The notes beneath the pieces were generated by a model. That model was not told the origin of the DNA. It saw nothing but the letters and a program-made list of their open reading frames with translations, and did no database searches. Position numbers and translations under genes: made by a program. Of a stretch of DNA of 64,000 nucleotides, positions 11,791 to 25,181 are shown one piece after another (position 1 is the stretch's first letter; each line of letters begins with the position of its first letter). The stretch lies in contig NC_068983.1 in NCBI RefSeq assembly GCF_001194135.2, forward strand, positions 36,252,027 to 36,316,026, given 5' to 3'. Source of the stretch: Octopus bimaculoides. Lineage: Eukaryota.

Positions 11791-12988
11791 ATAATCCCTA
11801 CCAGGAATAAGACCGAATAATAATAAAACTGATGTCTAATATCTTTTACTTGTTTCAGTCATTAGATTGCAGTCATGCTGGGGTACCACCTTGAAGAATT
11901 TTTAGTCAAATGAACTGACCCCAGTACCATTTTTTCTTAAAGCCTGGTACTTATTTCATCAGTCTTTTTTGAGACTGTAAAGTAACGTATTGAAATATTG
12001 CCAGTCTGGTGGGTTTTGAACTTTGAATGTAAAGCAATATACTGAAATACTGCGAGTCATTTTGTCGATATGTACGACTAATTAATCCCTGTATCATTAT
12101 TGTTTGTTATTTACAATAACAAAACCCGTAGAAATGTAGCCAACACAAAGAGTAGAACAAAATGCATATTGGTATTTAGTTTTGTTTCTCCTAGTTCTGT
12201 GTTCAAATTTGCATTTCTTTCCTCCAAGACTGGCAAAATAAGTATCTACCAGTAATATCTCTCTCTTCATGTGCCTTGCCTGTTTTACAGGCATCAATAA
12301 TCATGGACCTCTATGCTAAAATCTGAAGATTAATGATTTTCTTTGAAAAAGGTACAGCAGTGGTTTCTTGTCTTTTTCTGATTTATTTACAGTTTACTCT
12401 GTTAGTCTCCTGCTCCCCAAAATTTATCCTTGAGGCACAGCTCCTACCTAACCCTTAGACAAGGACACTGGTTCATGTGACATCAGGGTAGTCCACACAA
12501 TAGTTGGTCTTTGTGATATATGTCTTGGGGCTGGCCCTTCACTGAGTCATGTAAGTCACAAGAACATCCTTTTTTGTTTGACTCATAACTAGGTTCCTTG
12601 ACCAGTACTAACACTTTGGACCAAAGTGGAACTGGAAATAGTGGTAACTCCATACTCCACCCCGCTAAACCCATGAACTCTTCAGCTGGAGCCTCGCTAC
12701 TGGTGAGGCTCTAGTTATTTGGTTAACTAAATTCTGGGTCTTCAAATCAAAAGTGATTGTGTACTTGCTAATGTGCTAATGTTGTCAATACTATAAATGT
12801 TGCTAATATGCTAATGCTTATTCGAGATTCATGAATGACAGTCTCATTTCTCTTTTCAAAGCTGAGATTGTGTAACATTTTAATCTGATCTATGTCTCAA
12901 GACAATTTACTTTGTTTTTGAACAAAGAATTTAAATAATTTTAATTTCATTGTAATTCCAATGGACTAAACCTATTTCTTTTCTCTAG

Positions 12989-13054
12989 CTGACAGTTTGT
13001 GGAATTATTGAAACAATAGGAGGAACACATTGGTTTTTCCGACACATCAACACA
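12989..13054 (+). CDS. Four-pass membrane protein exon 2 (LTVCGIIETIGGTHWFFRHINT)
   Basis: ctatttcttttctctAG acceptor, ACA|GTAAGT donor, 66 nt. Only the phase 0 frame is open, and it matches exon 1. Confidence 0.75.
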
Positions 13055-14182
13055 GTAAGTTTTGGAGGATCTTAATAATTTTTTAAAATATCATTTTTGA
13101 TTAATTTCATTATCATCATCATCATCGTCGTTTAACGTCCGCTTTCCATGCTAGCATGGGTTGGACGATTTGACTGAGGACAGGTGAAACCAGATGGCTA
13201 CACTAGGCTCCAATCTGATTTGGCAGAGTTTCTACAGCTGGATGCCTTTCCTAGCGCCATACATATGTAACTTATGTTACTTAATTACGAAAAGGTTTTA
13301 GCAATTAGGAATGTATTATTGTTAATATAATGTTTGATGGTGGTGAGCTGACAGAATCAGTACTGTGCTAAACAAAATGTTTAGCAACGTTTCTCCCAAC
13401 TCCTTATGTTCTCAGTTCAAATGCCATTGAGATCAACTTTGCCCTTCATCCTTTTAGGAGTCAATAAAGTAAGTACAAGTTGAGCACTGGGGATGATGTA
13501 ATTGATTAGCACCTCCCACAAAATTTCAGTTCTTTTGCCTGTTGTGGAAAGGATTATTAAACTAACTACAGTGACGAAACAGTTAAGTCTTTCATCAAAG
13601 ACATCCCTACTGGATAGTACTGAAGATTAAGTGCTTAAAAATATAAGACTTAACTATGATTTGCAAGCAAGTGTCACTTGGTGGCTTGTATCATGCTCTT
13701 GTGTACCTATTGTGTCAGGAGCCATGATGTGACAGTTGGTGTGGTGGGAGAGAGAAAGCAAGAGATGTACACCAGTACCAGTGTGATACTCACTTTCTGC
13801 TGCATTGACAGGAGCAATGTGAAATGAAGAGTCTTGCTCAAGGATACTTCACTGGTATTAGAAAAATCAGAACTTTGGGACTCACCATTTTAACAGGAAA
13901 ATTTTTTTAGGTAAATCTGCAATGAGATTCTTGTTATAATTAGTGTTTAGCTCCAACCCTATAATCAAGGGCCCTCTACCTGTGACCATCCTATATTTTT
14001 TTAGAAATTCCTAGGACTTCATTAATGCTTGCTTTCCATTTTTAAATATAAAGTTGTTGGATATAAGATAGATTTCACTGCTATTTCTAGCAGGTTGATC
14101 ATCTCATCCCAGCCTGGATGTATCATTATGTCAAGAATAGTTATTGAATTTCTGAATAATTTATTTCTTTTTCTTGTTTCAG

Positions 14183-14269
14183 AAGCCAGTTTTATTCCTT
14201 GTATGTGTAGTAGAATCAGTCATCTTTGTACCAGGTGCCATTGGGTTTTTTGGTCGATTGTGTTACTTG
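14183..14269 (+). CDS. Four-pass membrane protein exon 3 (KPVLFLVCVVESVIFVPGAIGFFGRLCYL)
   Basis: tttctttttcttgtttcAG acceptor, TTG|GTAAGT donor, 87 nt, phase 0-0, hydrophobic helix. Confidence 0.72.
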
Positions 14270-15048
14270 GTAAGTAATATAATTATTTTGGTTAAGGTGG
14301 TGAGCTGACAATGGTTAGCATGCCAGACAAAATGCTTAACGGCATTTCTTTCAACTTTTTGTTCTGAGCTCAAATTCTGCTGAGGTCTATTTTGCCCTTC
14401 ATCCTTTTAGGGTTGATAAAATAAGTACCAGTTGAGCACTGAGGGTGATGTAATCAACTTACACCCACCCTTGAAATTGCTGGCCTTGTGCCAAAATTTG
14501 AAATCTGTATAATTATTATGGTTGTTGCTTTGCTCTGGGTTAACCAAGATCATTACCACCAAAGACTTTATAACAGTGACCAACCAGTCATTTTAGAAAC
14601 ATGCCTAGTGCTGCAGTGTCTAACATGTACTATTCTAATTTAAAGGGTTGGGATGTGATTTGAGGGAAATTTGGCTGCTATTTCTTACCGTTTGAGCAAC
14701 CACGTACAAGTTACCTCTGCCTTTTTGCAGAACTTTCTCTTTTCTTTTCCTTTTTTTCTTTTTCATAGAAGATCCCTTCCTTTCTGAGAAATTTTTTCTT
14801 TTTTTTTTTTATCAATTTTATATGCTATATTTTTTATAGTTTCTTTTCTTTTCTGTTTTGGTTTTGTAGACTTGACTGAACAGGGTCTTGCTCTATTCAG
14901 TTGCCATGGCTACTGAACAAATTAGATTGTTTAGCTCATTCCGGTTTGCTTCTGTGAAAATATCTGTCTTTCTGTCTGTCTGTTTGTCTGACTATCTGAC
15001 ACAAACACACAAACGTGTGTGTGTTTGTATCATCACCATATGTTGAAG

Positions 15049-15054
<6 letters not shown>

Positions 15055-15144
<90 letters not shown>

Positions 15145-15250
15145 TGTTTGTGTGTATATGTAATGTATATATAAATATATATGTATGTATAATTACATAT
15201 ATATGTGTGTATATGTGTAAATATATGAATATATATGTATATGTGTGGTG
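15055..15250 (+). repeat. (GT)n/(AT)n microsatellite
   Basis: Direct reading. Similar tracts at 985-1015, 17815-18055, 19255-19400, 32820-32862. Confidence 0.95.
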
Positions 15251-15689
15251 TCTATAAGTATGTTGGTGTCATGTAACTGGCACCTGTGCCAGTGGCACAT
15301 AGAAAGCACCTTTCAAGTGTTGGGCCTCACGGAGGCAATGACAAACGACTGAGACTTTTGGCAATATGCTGTGCTTGAGTAGTTGTGGCAGATACTGGTG
15401 TCACACAACTGGCACCTGTGTTGGTGGCATGCAAAAGCACTCATTACACTCTTGGAGGGATTGGCATAGGAAGGGCATCCAATCGTAGAAACCATGCCGA
15501 ATCAGACTGGAGTCTGGTGCAGCCCCCTAGCTTACCAGCTTTGGTGAAACTGTCCAACCTATGTCAACATGGACAATGAATGTTAAATGATGATGATGAT
15601 ATATATATATATAAATACACACACACGCACACACATATACATACATATGTGTGTAAGTCATCTAAGAGACCATAAGTCAGGGGAAAGAT

Positions 15690-16480
15690 GCACTTGTCAG
15701 TAGAATGGGTATATTATTCAAAATGTATAGTATTAAATATCCATCACAGCTGATCTTACCAATCGGTTTTGCAGAAAGAATACAATGGAGTGTTAGGCAA
15801 CAAATGTGTTGGGTGGTGGTGGGAGATAGTTTATTTTGTGGGGCGTCCGCATTATTTTGTGCATGTATGTATGTGGGTGCCTTGGCATGTACTTTCGTCA
15901 AACTCATTTTTCCAGGCTCAAGGACATTGGTGGAAGGTAGTTTGCAGAAGGTCGAGGCAGGGGAACTGTGGTTGCAGTCATGGTGGGGCGTGCAAGTACG
16001 ATAGAATGTACTTCCTTTCATGCAGGCAAGGATTGAACACCTCACTCCTGCTATTCAGGTAACCACCCAGGCATTGGGTACCTTTTAAAATTGCCCTCTT
16101 CTCAGCCAGGCATAATCTGCATTTCCTGCTGCTATTGGAGTATGGTTTACTTCTTTCTAGGGTCTTCCACTTTATGCTGTACTCTGTGGTGCTTTCTTTC
16201 AAAGTTCAAATATGCTTCGCTAAGGTTGTGGCATTATGTCTCTCTGAGATGTTAAATGAGGACTTGTGGTTATTAAAGCAGTTTCTGAAGGAGCCTTTCT
16301 TTGCCCCCACATACTTCTGCGTGCTCGGTTGTCCATTGGGTCCTGTTGCTGTTACGTCTGCCTCGTAAACAACTGTTTCTGTATTGCAATGGCCATTTAG
16401 TGGACAAGTTATGTTATTCCTGCATGAGCATCCTGCAGTGCATTTAGTGTAAAAAAGATTTTAGTAGGTAGACCCAGACC
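15690..16480 (-). mobile_element. Penelope-like element remnant (Cys-rich GIY-YIG endonuclease)
   Basis: Minus strand CSCRNNITCPLNGHCNTETVVYEADV...KYVG and YSIKWKTLERSKPY...CRLCLAEKRAIL...LNSRSEVFNPCLH, typical of the PLE ORF end. Confidence 0.75.
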
Positions 16481-16581
16481 CAAGGTTGAAGCCTACCTAC
16501 AAAATTATATATAGGTGGTATAAGGTGGTGCTCCAGCATTGCCACACTCAAATGACTGAAACAAGTAAAAGAATAAAAGAA

Positions 16582-16618
16582 TATATATATATATACACAT
16601 ATACATATACATACATAC

Positions 16619-16662
<44 letters not shown>

Positions 16663-16810
16663 TTGCCTGCCTGCCTGCCTACCTCTCTACCTACCTACCT
16701 ACCTACCTACCTACCTATCCATCCATCCATCTATCTATCCATCCATCTATCCATCCATCCATCCATCTATCTATCTATCTATCTATCTGTATGTATGTAT
16801 GTATATATGT
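16582..16810 (+). repeat. Compound tetranucleotide array (ATCT/GCCT/ACCT/ATCC/ATGT)
   Basis: Direct reading. Confidence 0.95.
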
Positions 16811-17119
16811 ATTCTATTTTGCTCAATTTCCTGCAGATGTCTGGTTAGTTCATAGCTTGAGAAAGTGTCTCAATTGATCCATGTTTATTGATTTTGTGAT
16901 GGTCACCGGCCACTTTTACTATTTCCTTCTTTTTTTATTGCTGTTGTTGATATATTTTCCCCATTGTTAACTGTGATTAATCTATTGTAGTGTATAGTTT
17001 TAGTGTGTTTATTGTTAAGCATAGGATCTTGAGCATATTTTAGTTCTGGATGGATACATGCTTCCCTGTTTCCATGGGAACTTATGAGACCTTCATCCTC
17101 ATTTTTTTCTCTCTCTGTC

Positions 17120-17780
17120 ATTTTGTCTTACTGTGATCTTAGTTCTTTATTTAAATATGTTAATGATTCTTTTGTGATGTTACTATTGGGTTTTTGAAGG
17201 CTTTTTACATACACAAATAACTGTTGTGAAGGGTCATGTCTTTTGTATGATGGATTCCATTGTAGCACTTTCATTGGATTGATGGAGCTAGTGTTATTTG
17301 CTCCACCATTTCTTGAAATTTTGTTTTATTTCGATGGATGCTAACAATATTTTTGTGATGTTACTATTGCGTTTTTGATGGCCTTTTTCATACACAAGTA
17401 ACTGTTGTGAAGGGTCATGTCTTTTGTATGATGGATTCCATTGTACCACTTCCATTGGGTAGAGGAAGCTAGTGTTATTTGTTCCATCATTTCTTGTAAT
17501 TTTGTTTTATTTCGCTGGATGCTAACAGTAAGAAGTTGTTCTCTTAGTTGGGGGCAGGTTAACCTTGAGAAGACACTTTCTATGGCATTCATGCTAACTG
17601 TACTTTGCAGCAACGTTACACTGGATGCATGCTACAGTGTTCATTGTTAGTCCTAGAGCAGAAACCCTTACTGTTTGTGTGATATGACAGAATCTCTTGT
17701 TGCATAGTGATGAGGAATCTCTCCTTCGTCCACAACCTTTCAACTCGCTACTCTTTTCTTCATAGCAAGGACTTACCCTT
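17120..17780 (-). mobile_element. R4/Dong-like non-LTR remnant with 181-bp tandem duplication
   Basis: Units 17170-17350 and 17351-17527; minus-strand peptide KWYNGIHHTKDMTLHNSYLCMKK. Clade assignment is tentative. Confidence 0.45.
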
Positions 17781-18834
17781 AAGGCCAGAAGCCACCTTTC
17801 TTCTCTCTCTCTCACACACACACACACATTTGCACATATGAACACACACACACACACACTTGTACACACACATACTCACACACGTATACACAAACACACA
17901 CACACTTGTCCATAAACACACACACACACACACACTCACACACGTGTGCATGCACACATGCACACACACACACATTTGTACATACACACACATATTTGTA
18001 CATACACACACATATATACATACTCGTACGTGTACATGCGTATGCACACACATGCACTCATTTTATTTTACAAATTTCGAAATACATAAAGACTTTACAG
18101 AAAACGGAGAGAACTGTGTGAAAGTAATGTTTAATTTGAGAGTTATAGAAAGCATTTTATAAATGAAACGTTTCTCTCATTGCCTTGACAAGATTTTTGC
18201 TTCTGGACCCCAGCTTGAGAATATCTTAAGGAGAGGTCCAGAGTTTCAAGGACAAACAATATGAAGTCATTTGCATACAACTCACTGATTTTGTCTGCTG
18301 TAAACTTACTTTCTCTATGTAACATCATCATCATCTTTTAAAGTGTGCCTGCCATACTGAGTTGAACAGTTTGACAGGACCTGACAAATTGAAAGGATTG
18401 CATTGCACTCCAGTATCTGGTTTGGTATGGTTTCCGTGGCTAGATGCCCTTACTAATGCCAACCACTTTACAGAGTGTACCGGGCACTTTTATATCATGG
18501 CACCAGCACTAGTGAAGTCACCATGTAGCTTGCAAGATTAAGATTCCCTTTGATTGAACACAACTACAGGAGAGAGGGAAGCAGCATTATGCCAAGAAAT
18601 AAAATATTGAACTATAAAAAGAAGCCAGTACTGGTGGCACTTAAAGAGTGTGGTTGATACCACTGCTGCCTAACTGGCACCCATGCTGGTGGAATGTAAA
18701 AATCACCCACTACACTCTTGGAGTGGTTGACGTTAGGAAGGGCATCCAGCTGTAGAAACCTTGCCAGATCAGATTGGAGCTTGGTGCAGCCTCCTGGCTT
18801 GCCAGTCCTCAGTCAAACTGTTCAACTCATGTAC

Positions 18835-19165
18835 CTAGGGTCCTATCAGAAGCAACTGTCATTACACTTTCCAGCTGGATTTCCAAATCAACTGAGATTA
18901 TGATATTATCCAACCATCTCATTCTTTGTGGCTCAAAGAATCTGTCTAGCGATTCTTTACTTTGACATTCTAATCACATATCTGCAGTATCAGAGCTGTG
19001 ACTTCTCAATGCAGAGATGAAGTAGTAGCTCAACCTGGAGAGACTCCTTGATTTCCAAGCAATGAACCCTGATGAATAACATTGCTCCAGAGATCCTTCA
19101 GAGGAACCCGATTTTAGTTCCTTGTATTTGCAATTGTACTCTTTTGGTCATTACCTATGACCATA
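18835..19165 (-). mobile_element. RTE-type LINE C-terminal remnant
   Basis: FL*RISG...IKESLQVELLL...IEKSQL*YCRYVIRM resembles FLRRI.G...VEPLLL.IERSQLRWYGHV.RM. Confidence 0.55.
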
Positions 19166-19345
19166 GGTGAGAATAGGCACAGAAACTGAATTGAAGATAA
19201 TGAGTTTAGTTTTTTTTACTAGCCTCTCCTCTTATATATGTATGTGTATATACATACAAATATCTCTGTGCATGTGTATGTGTGTGTGTGTGTTTATGCA
19301 TGTGTGTGTGCGTGTGTTTATGCATGTGTGTGTGTGTGTGTGTGG

Positions 19346-19391
<46 letters not shown>

Positions 19392-20949
19392 TTGTGTGTG
19401 ATTTAGAGCTGTGCATTCATAAATGGATAGAGAGGAAAAAAGATGAATAGCTAGAGAAAAAGACTGAGAATGAGTGAAGTAGGCACTGCGGTTACTATTT
19501 CTTAGATCACAAAATCATGTCCAGCCTGTCAGATGGACATTTATTCCTCCATGTCTCACCTATGTGAAGAATAGGTGCTAAGTCTTATCCAGGAGGTGAT
19601 TCATCTCTCATCTCACTCAGTGTTAGAGAAACTGGAAGTAATTATTAACTTTTTGCGATTCTGCAGTTCATGGATATATTGATACACTTACGCATGCATA
19701 CACATACAGAAAGGTTCATACATAGATGCACATAGACACAGCTTCATATAAATACTTATAAAACTCAACAGAAGTTACAATGAAACTGTTTATATTTAGT
19801 AGTCATTATTAGAGGCTTTTACTTGTGCTGGCAGCTATGGTCTGTAATGAGTTAACACTTTGCCAATACAAATTTATAATTAAAACTGCAGACAAGTAAG
19901 GATTAATTCATTGATCAAATAGAATTACCGTTATGTTACTCGTTTCATGCGAGTGTTGCCAACAATATTTTTGGCTGCATGACGATAGAAAAGTGTAAAT
20001 CTGAAAACAAAAAAGAAAAAAAAAAAAGAAAGGAAAAGCAATACCCCCTCCTTCTCCCAGCAAACTATTTCATAAGTCAATAGGGAGCCTGTGCATATTT
20101 GCCCTCTTTGGTAGAAATAGCAGCCAAATTTACCTCATATAACACTTTACCATCTTAAAAGGGAATGGGGATGGATAATGTTGTTGATGTATACTTTAAA
20201 AAGTATAAGAAACTGAAGGATGTGATGGCCATAAATGGAGTGCCTTTGATCATAGACAGCTAACTATTTTAAAACTGGTTTCAAATTTTGGGACAAGGCC
20301 ATCAATTTTGGGGTGGGTTAAGTTGATTACATTGACCCCAGTGTTCAAATGGTACTTATTTTATAAACCCCCGCCTGCGAAAAGATGAAAGGCAAAGTCA
20401 ACCCTGGTGGAATTTGAACTCAGAACATAGAGATGGATGGAATGCCACAAAGCATTTTATCCAGCATGCTAATAATTCTTCCAGCTGACTACCTTAGATT
20501 ATCTTAATATTGGAGACAAAAGATTAGTATATAATCCTAGCGGGATCCCTTGTGAGTCATAAAACCAGTTACCTCGTTTCCATTCGGTACAAGTAACAAA
20601 GACCACAACATTTACTTTGAATGATGACCCATTTACAGCTGAGTGGACTGGAGCAATCTGAAGTGAAGTGTTTTATTCAAGAGCACAATGTACTGCCCAG
20701 CTTAGTAATTGAAATTATGATCTAACAATTGTGAGTTTAAAACCTGAAACACTAAGTCATATGGTTAGAGTCTGAGGAAATCAATGATAGTTTGTGTCAG
20801 CTAAAATAACTTCTGTCTCTTAACAGGGATGGCTAAAAAAGTTTGTTTCCCAACCACATGGTTTTAGGTTCAGCACCACTGCATGGCACCTAAGGCAATT
20901 GTCTTCTACTTAAGCCCCAGGCTAATTATAGCTATTATAATAGAGGAGG

Positions 20950-21480
20950 TTAAGGCCAACAGTCCACGAGAACGCCTATAAGTTGATGACCTTGGTCTTA
21001 AAGCTGTATCTGTAATAGATTTAGAGAATAAATGTCCTGTCTCAGAAGCAAAATCTAGAAGAAAGAAAACCAAGAGTTGTATCCATAATTAATCTAGCTG
21101 ATATAGAATAACTCAACAGTGAGGGAGTCAAAGTCTACAAGACAGCTGTTCATTCTAGAGAGGGTGGTGTCTTCCAGTTTAGCAAAAGAAATTTGTACAT
21201 ATGCTTGCATTTGCTGAAAATTTTGGACCTGGAATTAAGTAGTGTTGTAAAATTATTGGATCTAAAAAGAATGTGTGATCTTTCAGCTATGCATAGCTTG
21301 CATCTCTCTGATCCATTTACATATGACATAAATTTCTCCATGATTCTCCACTTTATTGTATGTAGTGTTCAGTTGGTTTCAGATCCCACCAATAGCAGCT
21401 TGAAAGACAGACCTCGGAAAATAATGTGGTTTACCTCCTGCCTTTCTCTCTAAATGTTAAAACTAGTGTAGGCAAGAAAT
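20950..21480 (-). mobile_element. Penelope-like element remnant
   Basis: ORF 21150-21341: YVNGSERCKLCIAERSHIL...LLNSRSKIFSKCKH, homologous to 15978-16202. Confidence 0.7.
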
Positions 21481-21574
21481 TATTGACATTGTTAAATAGG
21501 CATTTCTCAGTAAACCATAAATATAGAAACATTTTTAATAGACACTTGATGAAATGTCATACAGCTGCTGCCCC

Positions 21575-21646
21575 AATATGAGAAACATTATCACTTGTAA
21601 TATGAGAAACATTATTACTTGTAATATGAGAAACATTATCACTTGC
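21575..21646 (+). repeat. 24-bp x3 tandem repeat
   Basis: aatatgagaaacattatcacttgt at 21575, 21599 and 21623. Confidence 0.9.
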
Positions 21647-22099
21647 AAGCCACATCAAGAGCCCACTATGTTTTATATGCATGCATGTATATATACATGC
21701 AAACACACACACACATGCATACAAAGCAAAGCGCTGTTGCTGCAGTTGAAACATATGTAGGTGAGTGTTATTTATGCTGTAGAAAACTTTTTAATAAAAA
21801 AGTATTGAATGTGAATAAATCTCCACTCTCCTCTTCATTATCAATTATATTTACATACATATGTGTGTGTGTGTGTGTGTGTGTGCATGTATTATTGTCT
21901 CATTTTATTTGTGATTGTAATAATGGAATTGAATTGTATAAAAAGATTTTTTTCATATTTCAGATAAATGTAATTCGAAGATACAGTCCTGAAGCATCAC
22001 TAAATATTGATTTTGTAAGTTGAAATAATTATCATTTCACCATTTCTGTTGATTCTATATTCAAAGATCACTTAAAGTGAATCATCAACTGGACATTTC

Positions 22100-23150
22100 T
22101 TACATTGGCATCAGCCACATAATGGTAATTGCAAAAGAACCAGAACTATTATGTTCTGGCTGAGTTCATTTCCCTTACTTCTGCTGTGGTTACCTCCTGA
22201 ACCTACTGGATTGTGGACATGCCAAAGAGATAGCCTCTAAAAGTTTATGAGTAATTGCTGCAAAACTTCCTTCAGACTGAGCCATACCATCTTCAAAAGG
22301 CAATATGGTTGTAGTTGGACTGCAGATTTTGATTGTTGGTGTCCTCAGCTTGGACTCATTTGTAGCTAAATAACACTTAACAGCGAAAAAGAATGCAACA
22401 TGTTTAGATTACCATATGGCACTCCAAATGATAAACCATAGCATGTTTGAGGGTGTAGTAGGGTTCCTCATTAGTTAGAAGTTTGACAGAGCTGAAACAG
22501 TTGAATTACTCAATGGTTATGCCCTTTAAATAGCTGAGGGTTGATGGGGGTCTCAGATATGATCCTCACTCCTCACCACACACTGTGGCCTCTTGATGCT
22601 GCTGTACATTCCATCAGGGTCCTCACCATTTAACGCTTGATGCTACTGCTCCATCTTCACCTTTGTTACCTGCAGACCATTTTTTATCCACTTTTATTAT
22701 CTGTGCCTTGATAATGTGACCAAAATATTGCACTTTTCACTATCTGGCTTTCATTACCAATCTTCATTCTGATTCCTCCTCCTCCTCCTCCTTGTATTTG
22801 CACCTATTTCTTTACAGCAAGAATTTTTCTCCATAACAAGATGATTTTCTTATGGGTTCGAATATGCCTCAAGCATATTTGGATTGGTAACAAGTCTATT
22901 TATAAACGTCACTGCTTAACGCTGTCACCCCATATTATGCACACACACACATACACAATGTCATTTCTTGATTCTGAATGTTTGTGGTATTGGTCCCTCA
23001 CAACTTTTAGCAAGTTTAAAATTATGTTATTTTGTGCTGTACACTATTTACCATTTTTATGGTGTCCCTCTTTGCTTGACATTCTAAGCACATGCTTATT
23101 TGCTCAATGGTTAATTCAGCACTGATGTCACTGAACAGTGAGCTCAAATG
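22100..23150 (-). mobile_element. Highly decayed RTE-type LINE
   Basis: Minus strand near 22760-22600 reads ...VQYFGHIIK...GNKGEDGAV, resembling LQYFGHIIR...GKIEGKRRRG. Confidence 0.4.
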
Positions 23151-23224
23151 TGCATATGACTGGTGTAGTCATACTCAACTCAGTGTTTGTCACTCTCTAC
23201 CAGGAAAATAGTGGAGGATGAATT

Positions 23225-23834
23225 CTTTTTCTACTCTAGGCACAAGGCCCGAAATTTTTGGGGAGGGGGCCAGTTGATTAGATCAACCTCAGTACGCAAC
23301 TGGTACATAATTTACCAGCCCTGAAAGGATGAAAGGCAAAGTCAACTTTGGTGGAATTTGAACTCAGAATGTAAAGACAGTCGAAATACCGCTAAGCATT
23401 TCACCCGGTGTACTAACGTTTCTTATTTCTTTATTGCCCACAAGGAGCTAAACNNNNNNNNNNAAAGACAGTCGAAATACCGCTAAGCATTTCACCCGGT
23501 GTACTAACGTTTCTTATTTCTTTATTGCCCACAAGGAGCTAAACATAGAGGGGACAAACAAGGACAGACAAAGGGATTAAGTCGATTACATCAACCCCAC
23601 TGTGTAACTAGTATCTAATTTATCGACCCCGAAAGGATGAAAGGCAAAGTTGACCTCGGCGGAATTTGAACTCAGAACGTAACAGCAGACGAAATACAGC
23701 TAAGCATTTCGCCTAGCGTACTAACATTTCTTATTTCTTTACTGCCCACAAGAGGCTACACACAGTGGGGACACACAAGGACAGACAAACGGATTAAGCC
23801 CGGCGTACTAACGTTTCTGCCAGCTCGCCGCCTT
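23225..23834 (-). mobile_element. Dimeric Nin/Deu-core SINE
   Basis: TSD aatagtggaggatgaatt (23207-23224, 23835-23852); contains an N gap with duplicated flanks. Confidence 0.8.
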
Positions 23835-24951
23835 AATAGTGGAGGATGAATTAACTATGTAAAGGGAGAGAGTCAGTTCAATGAACACTTCTAGTTTTAA
23901 CGATTACCAATTAATGTAGGATTTAACAAGTTTATTAAAACAGGAAGAGAAATTACATTTGGTCAGCTGTACTTGGCCTTCTAAAAGTTTTCTAGTTGCA
24001 CTTGTCTCGTAAGTGATGTGATTTGAGACCGTATCATGAAACTGAACAAATTAATGACAAAATGGCCATTTTAAAGGGGTCATTTAGCTAATTAAAAACG
24101 ACACGAAGACTGTTAAATTTACTTTCGTTAATTTCTCAAGATGTTAGTGATCTGGCTAGTTGTGCATCGAAAATTTCACATCTCACCCCACCCCCAAACA
24201 ATTATGAAATGAATTCAACTGTTTTTTTTTTGCTTTAGATGCTTTTAGATGACCAAAATAGCTCTTTTACGATGTGTTTATTTTAAAAATTCTGTTATTA
24301 ATATACTAACTCTAGAACCTTGGAGCATTTAGTCACTTCTCTTTATATTGTGAATTCTGTCTTTCATACTTTCGGGGACGATAAATTTAGTTCCAGCTAT
24401 GTATCTCCTGGGCTCATATGATCAACCCTACCCTCTCATAAAATGCATGGCCTCATAAAACGCAATATTGAAACACAAGAAACGAGAGTTACTGCCCTTT
24501 ACCTTATCTTGGCAAGCTATGTTTATTGCTATCGAGTTCTCTCTTAGGAAATATGTTGAAATTATTACCTTATTGCGTTCACAATAAAAGCTCTCAGAAT
24601 TCCCAAGGAATTAAACTTACACGCATACAGACACAATAAAGAGGTGCGTACGTAACAGCAGATAAGTGAGGTATAGGTTACACGAAGGAAAGATGAGAGC
24701 AAGCTATTTATGAAACAGTAGGATGTATTTATATACTCTCGGTTTAAAACAATTTAATACTACATCGTTATGACTCTTAGTTTTATAGAGGGGGAGTGGT
24801 TTCTAGATTAGATTTATCGACTAGTTATAATCTTGGCTCCGTGATTATGTTTGTTTTAGTTCAGAATTAAACAGGGCCGAGCTATAAATATCTTTCACAG
24901 ATTTTACACACAAGCACATACAAATATGTACAAGTCCATATATATATATAT

Positions 24952-25181
24952 NNNNNNNNNNNNNNNNNNNNNNNNNNNNNNNNNNNNNNNNNNNNNNNNN
25001 NNNNNNNNNNNNNNNNNNNNNNNNNNNNNNNNNNNNNNNNNNNNNNNNNNNNNNNNNNNNNNNNNNNNNNNNNNNNNNNNNNNNNNNNNNNNNNNNNNNN
25101 NNNNNNNNNNNNNNNNNNNNNNNNNNNNNNNNNNNNNNNNNNNNNNNNNNNNNNNNNNNNNNNNNNNNNNNNNNNNNNNNN
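24952..25181. other. Assembly gap
   Basis: Run of N. Other gaps at 23454-23463, 26749-26758 and 36386-36565. Confidence 1.

Noticed and set aside
14870-14930. Strong plus-strand acceptor as an extra exon of the membrane-protein gene
   Set aside because: Stops in all three frames and no nearby donor.
21135-21185. Hammerhead-like CTGgAAGA...GAACAGCTGTC at the end of a Penelope ORF (minus strand)
   Set aside because: No stem II pairing and core indels; at most a relic.
21575-21646. CRISPR-like arrays (also 29122-29202, 39584-39655, 63542-63790)
   Set aside because: Head-to-tail repeats without unique spacers, in eukaryotic DNA with no cas genes.
23373-23545. Apparent tandem duplication inside a SINE (also 26706-26800)
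   Set aside because: Identical sequence on both sides of 10-N gaps indicates unmerged contig overlaps.
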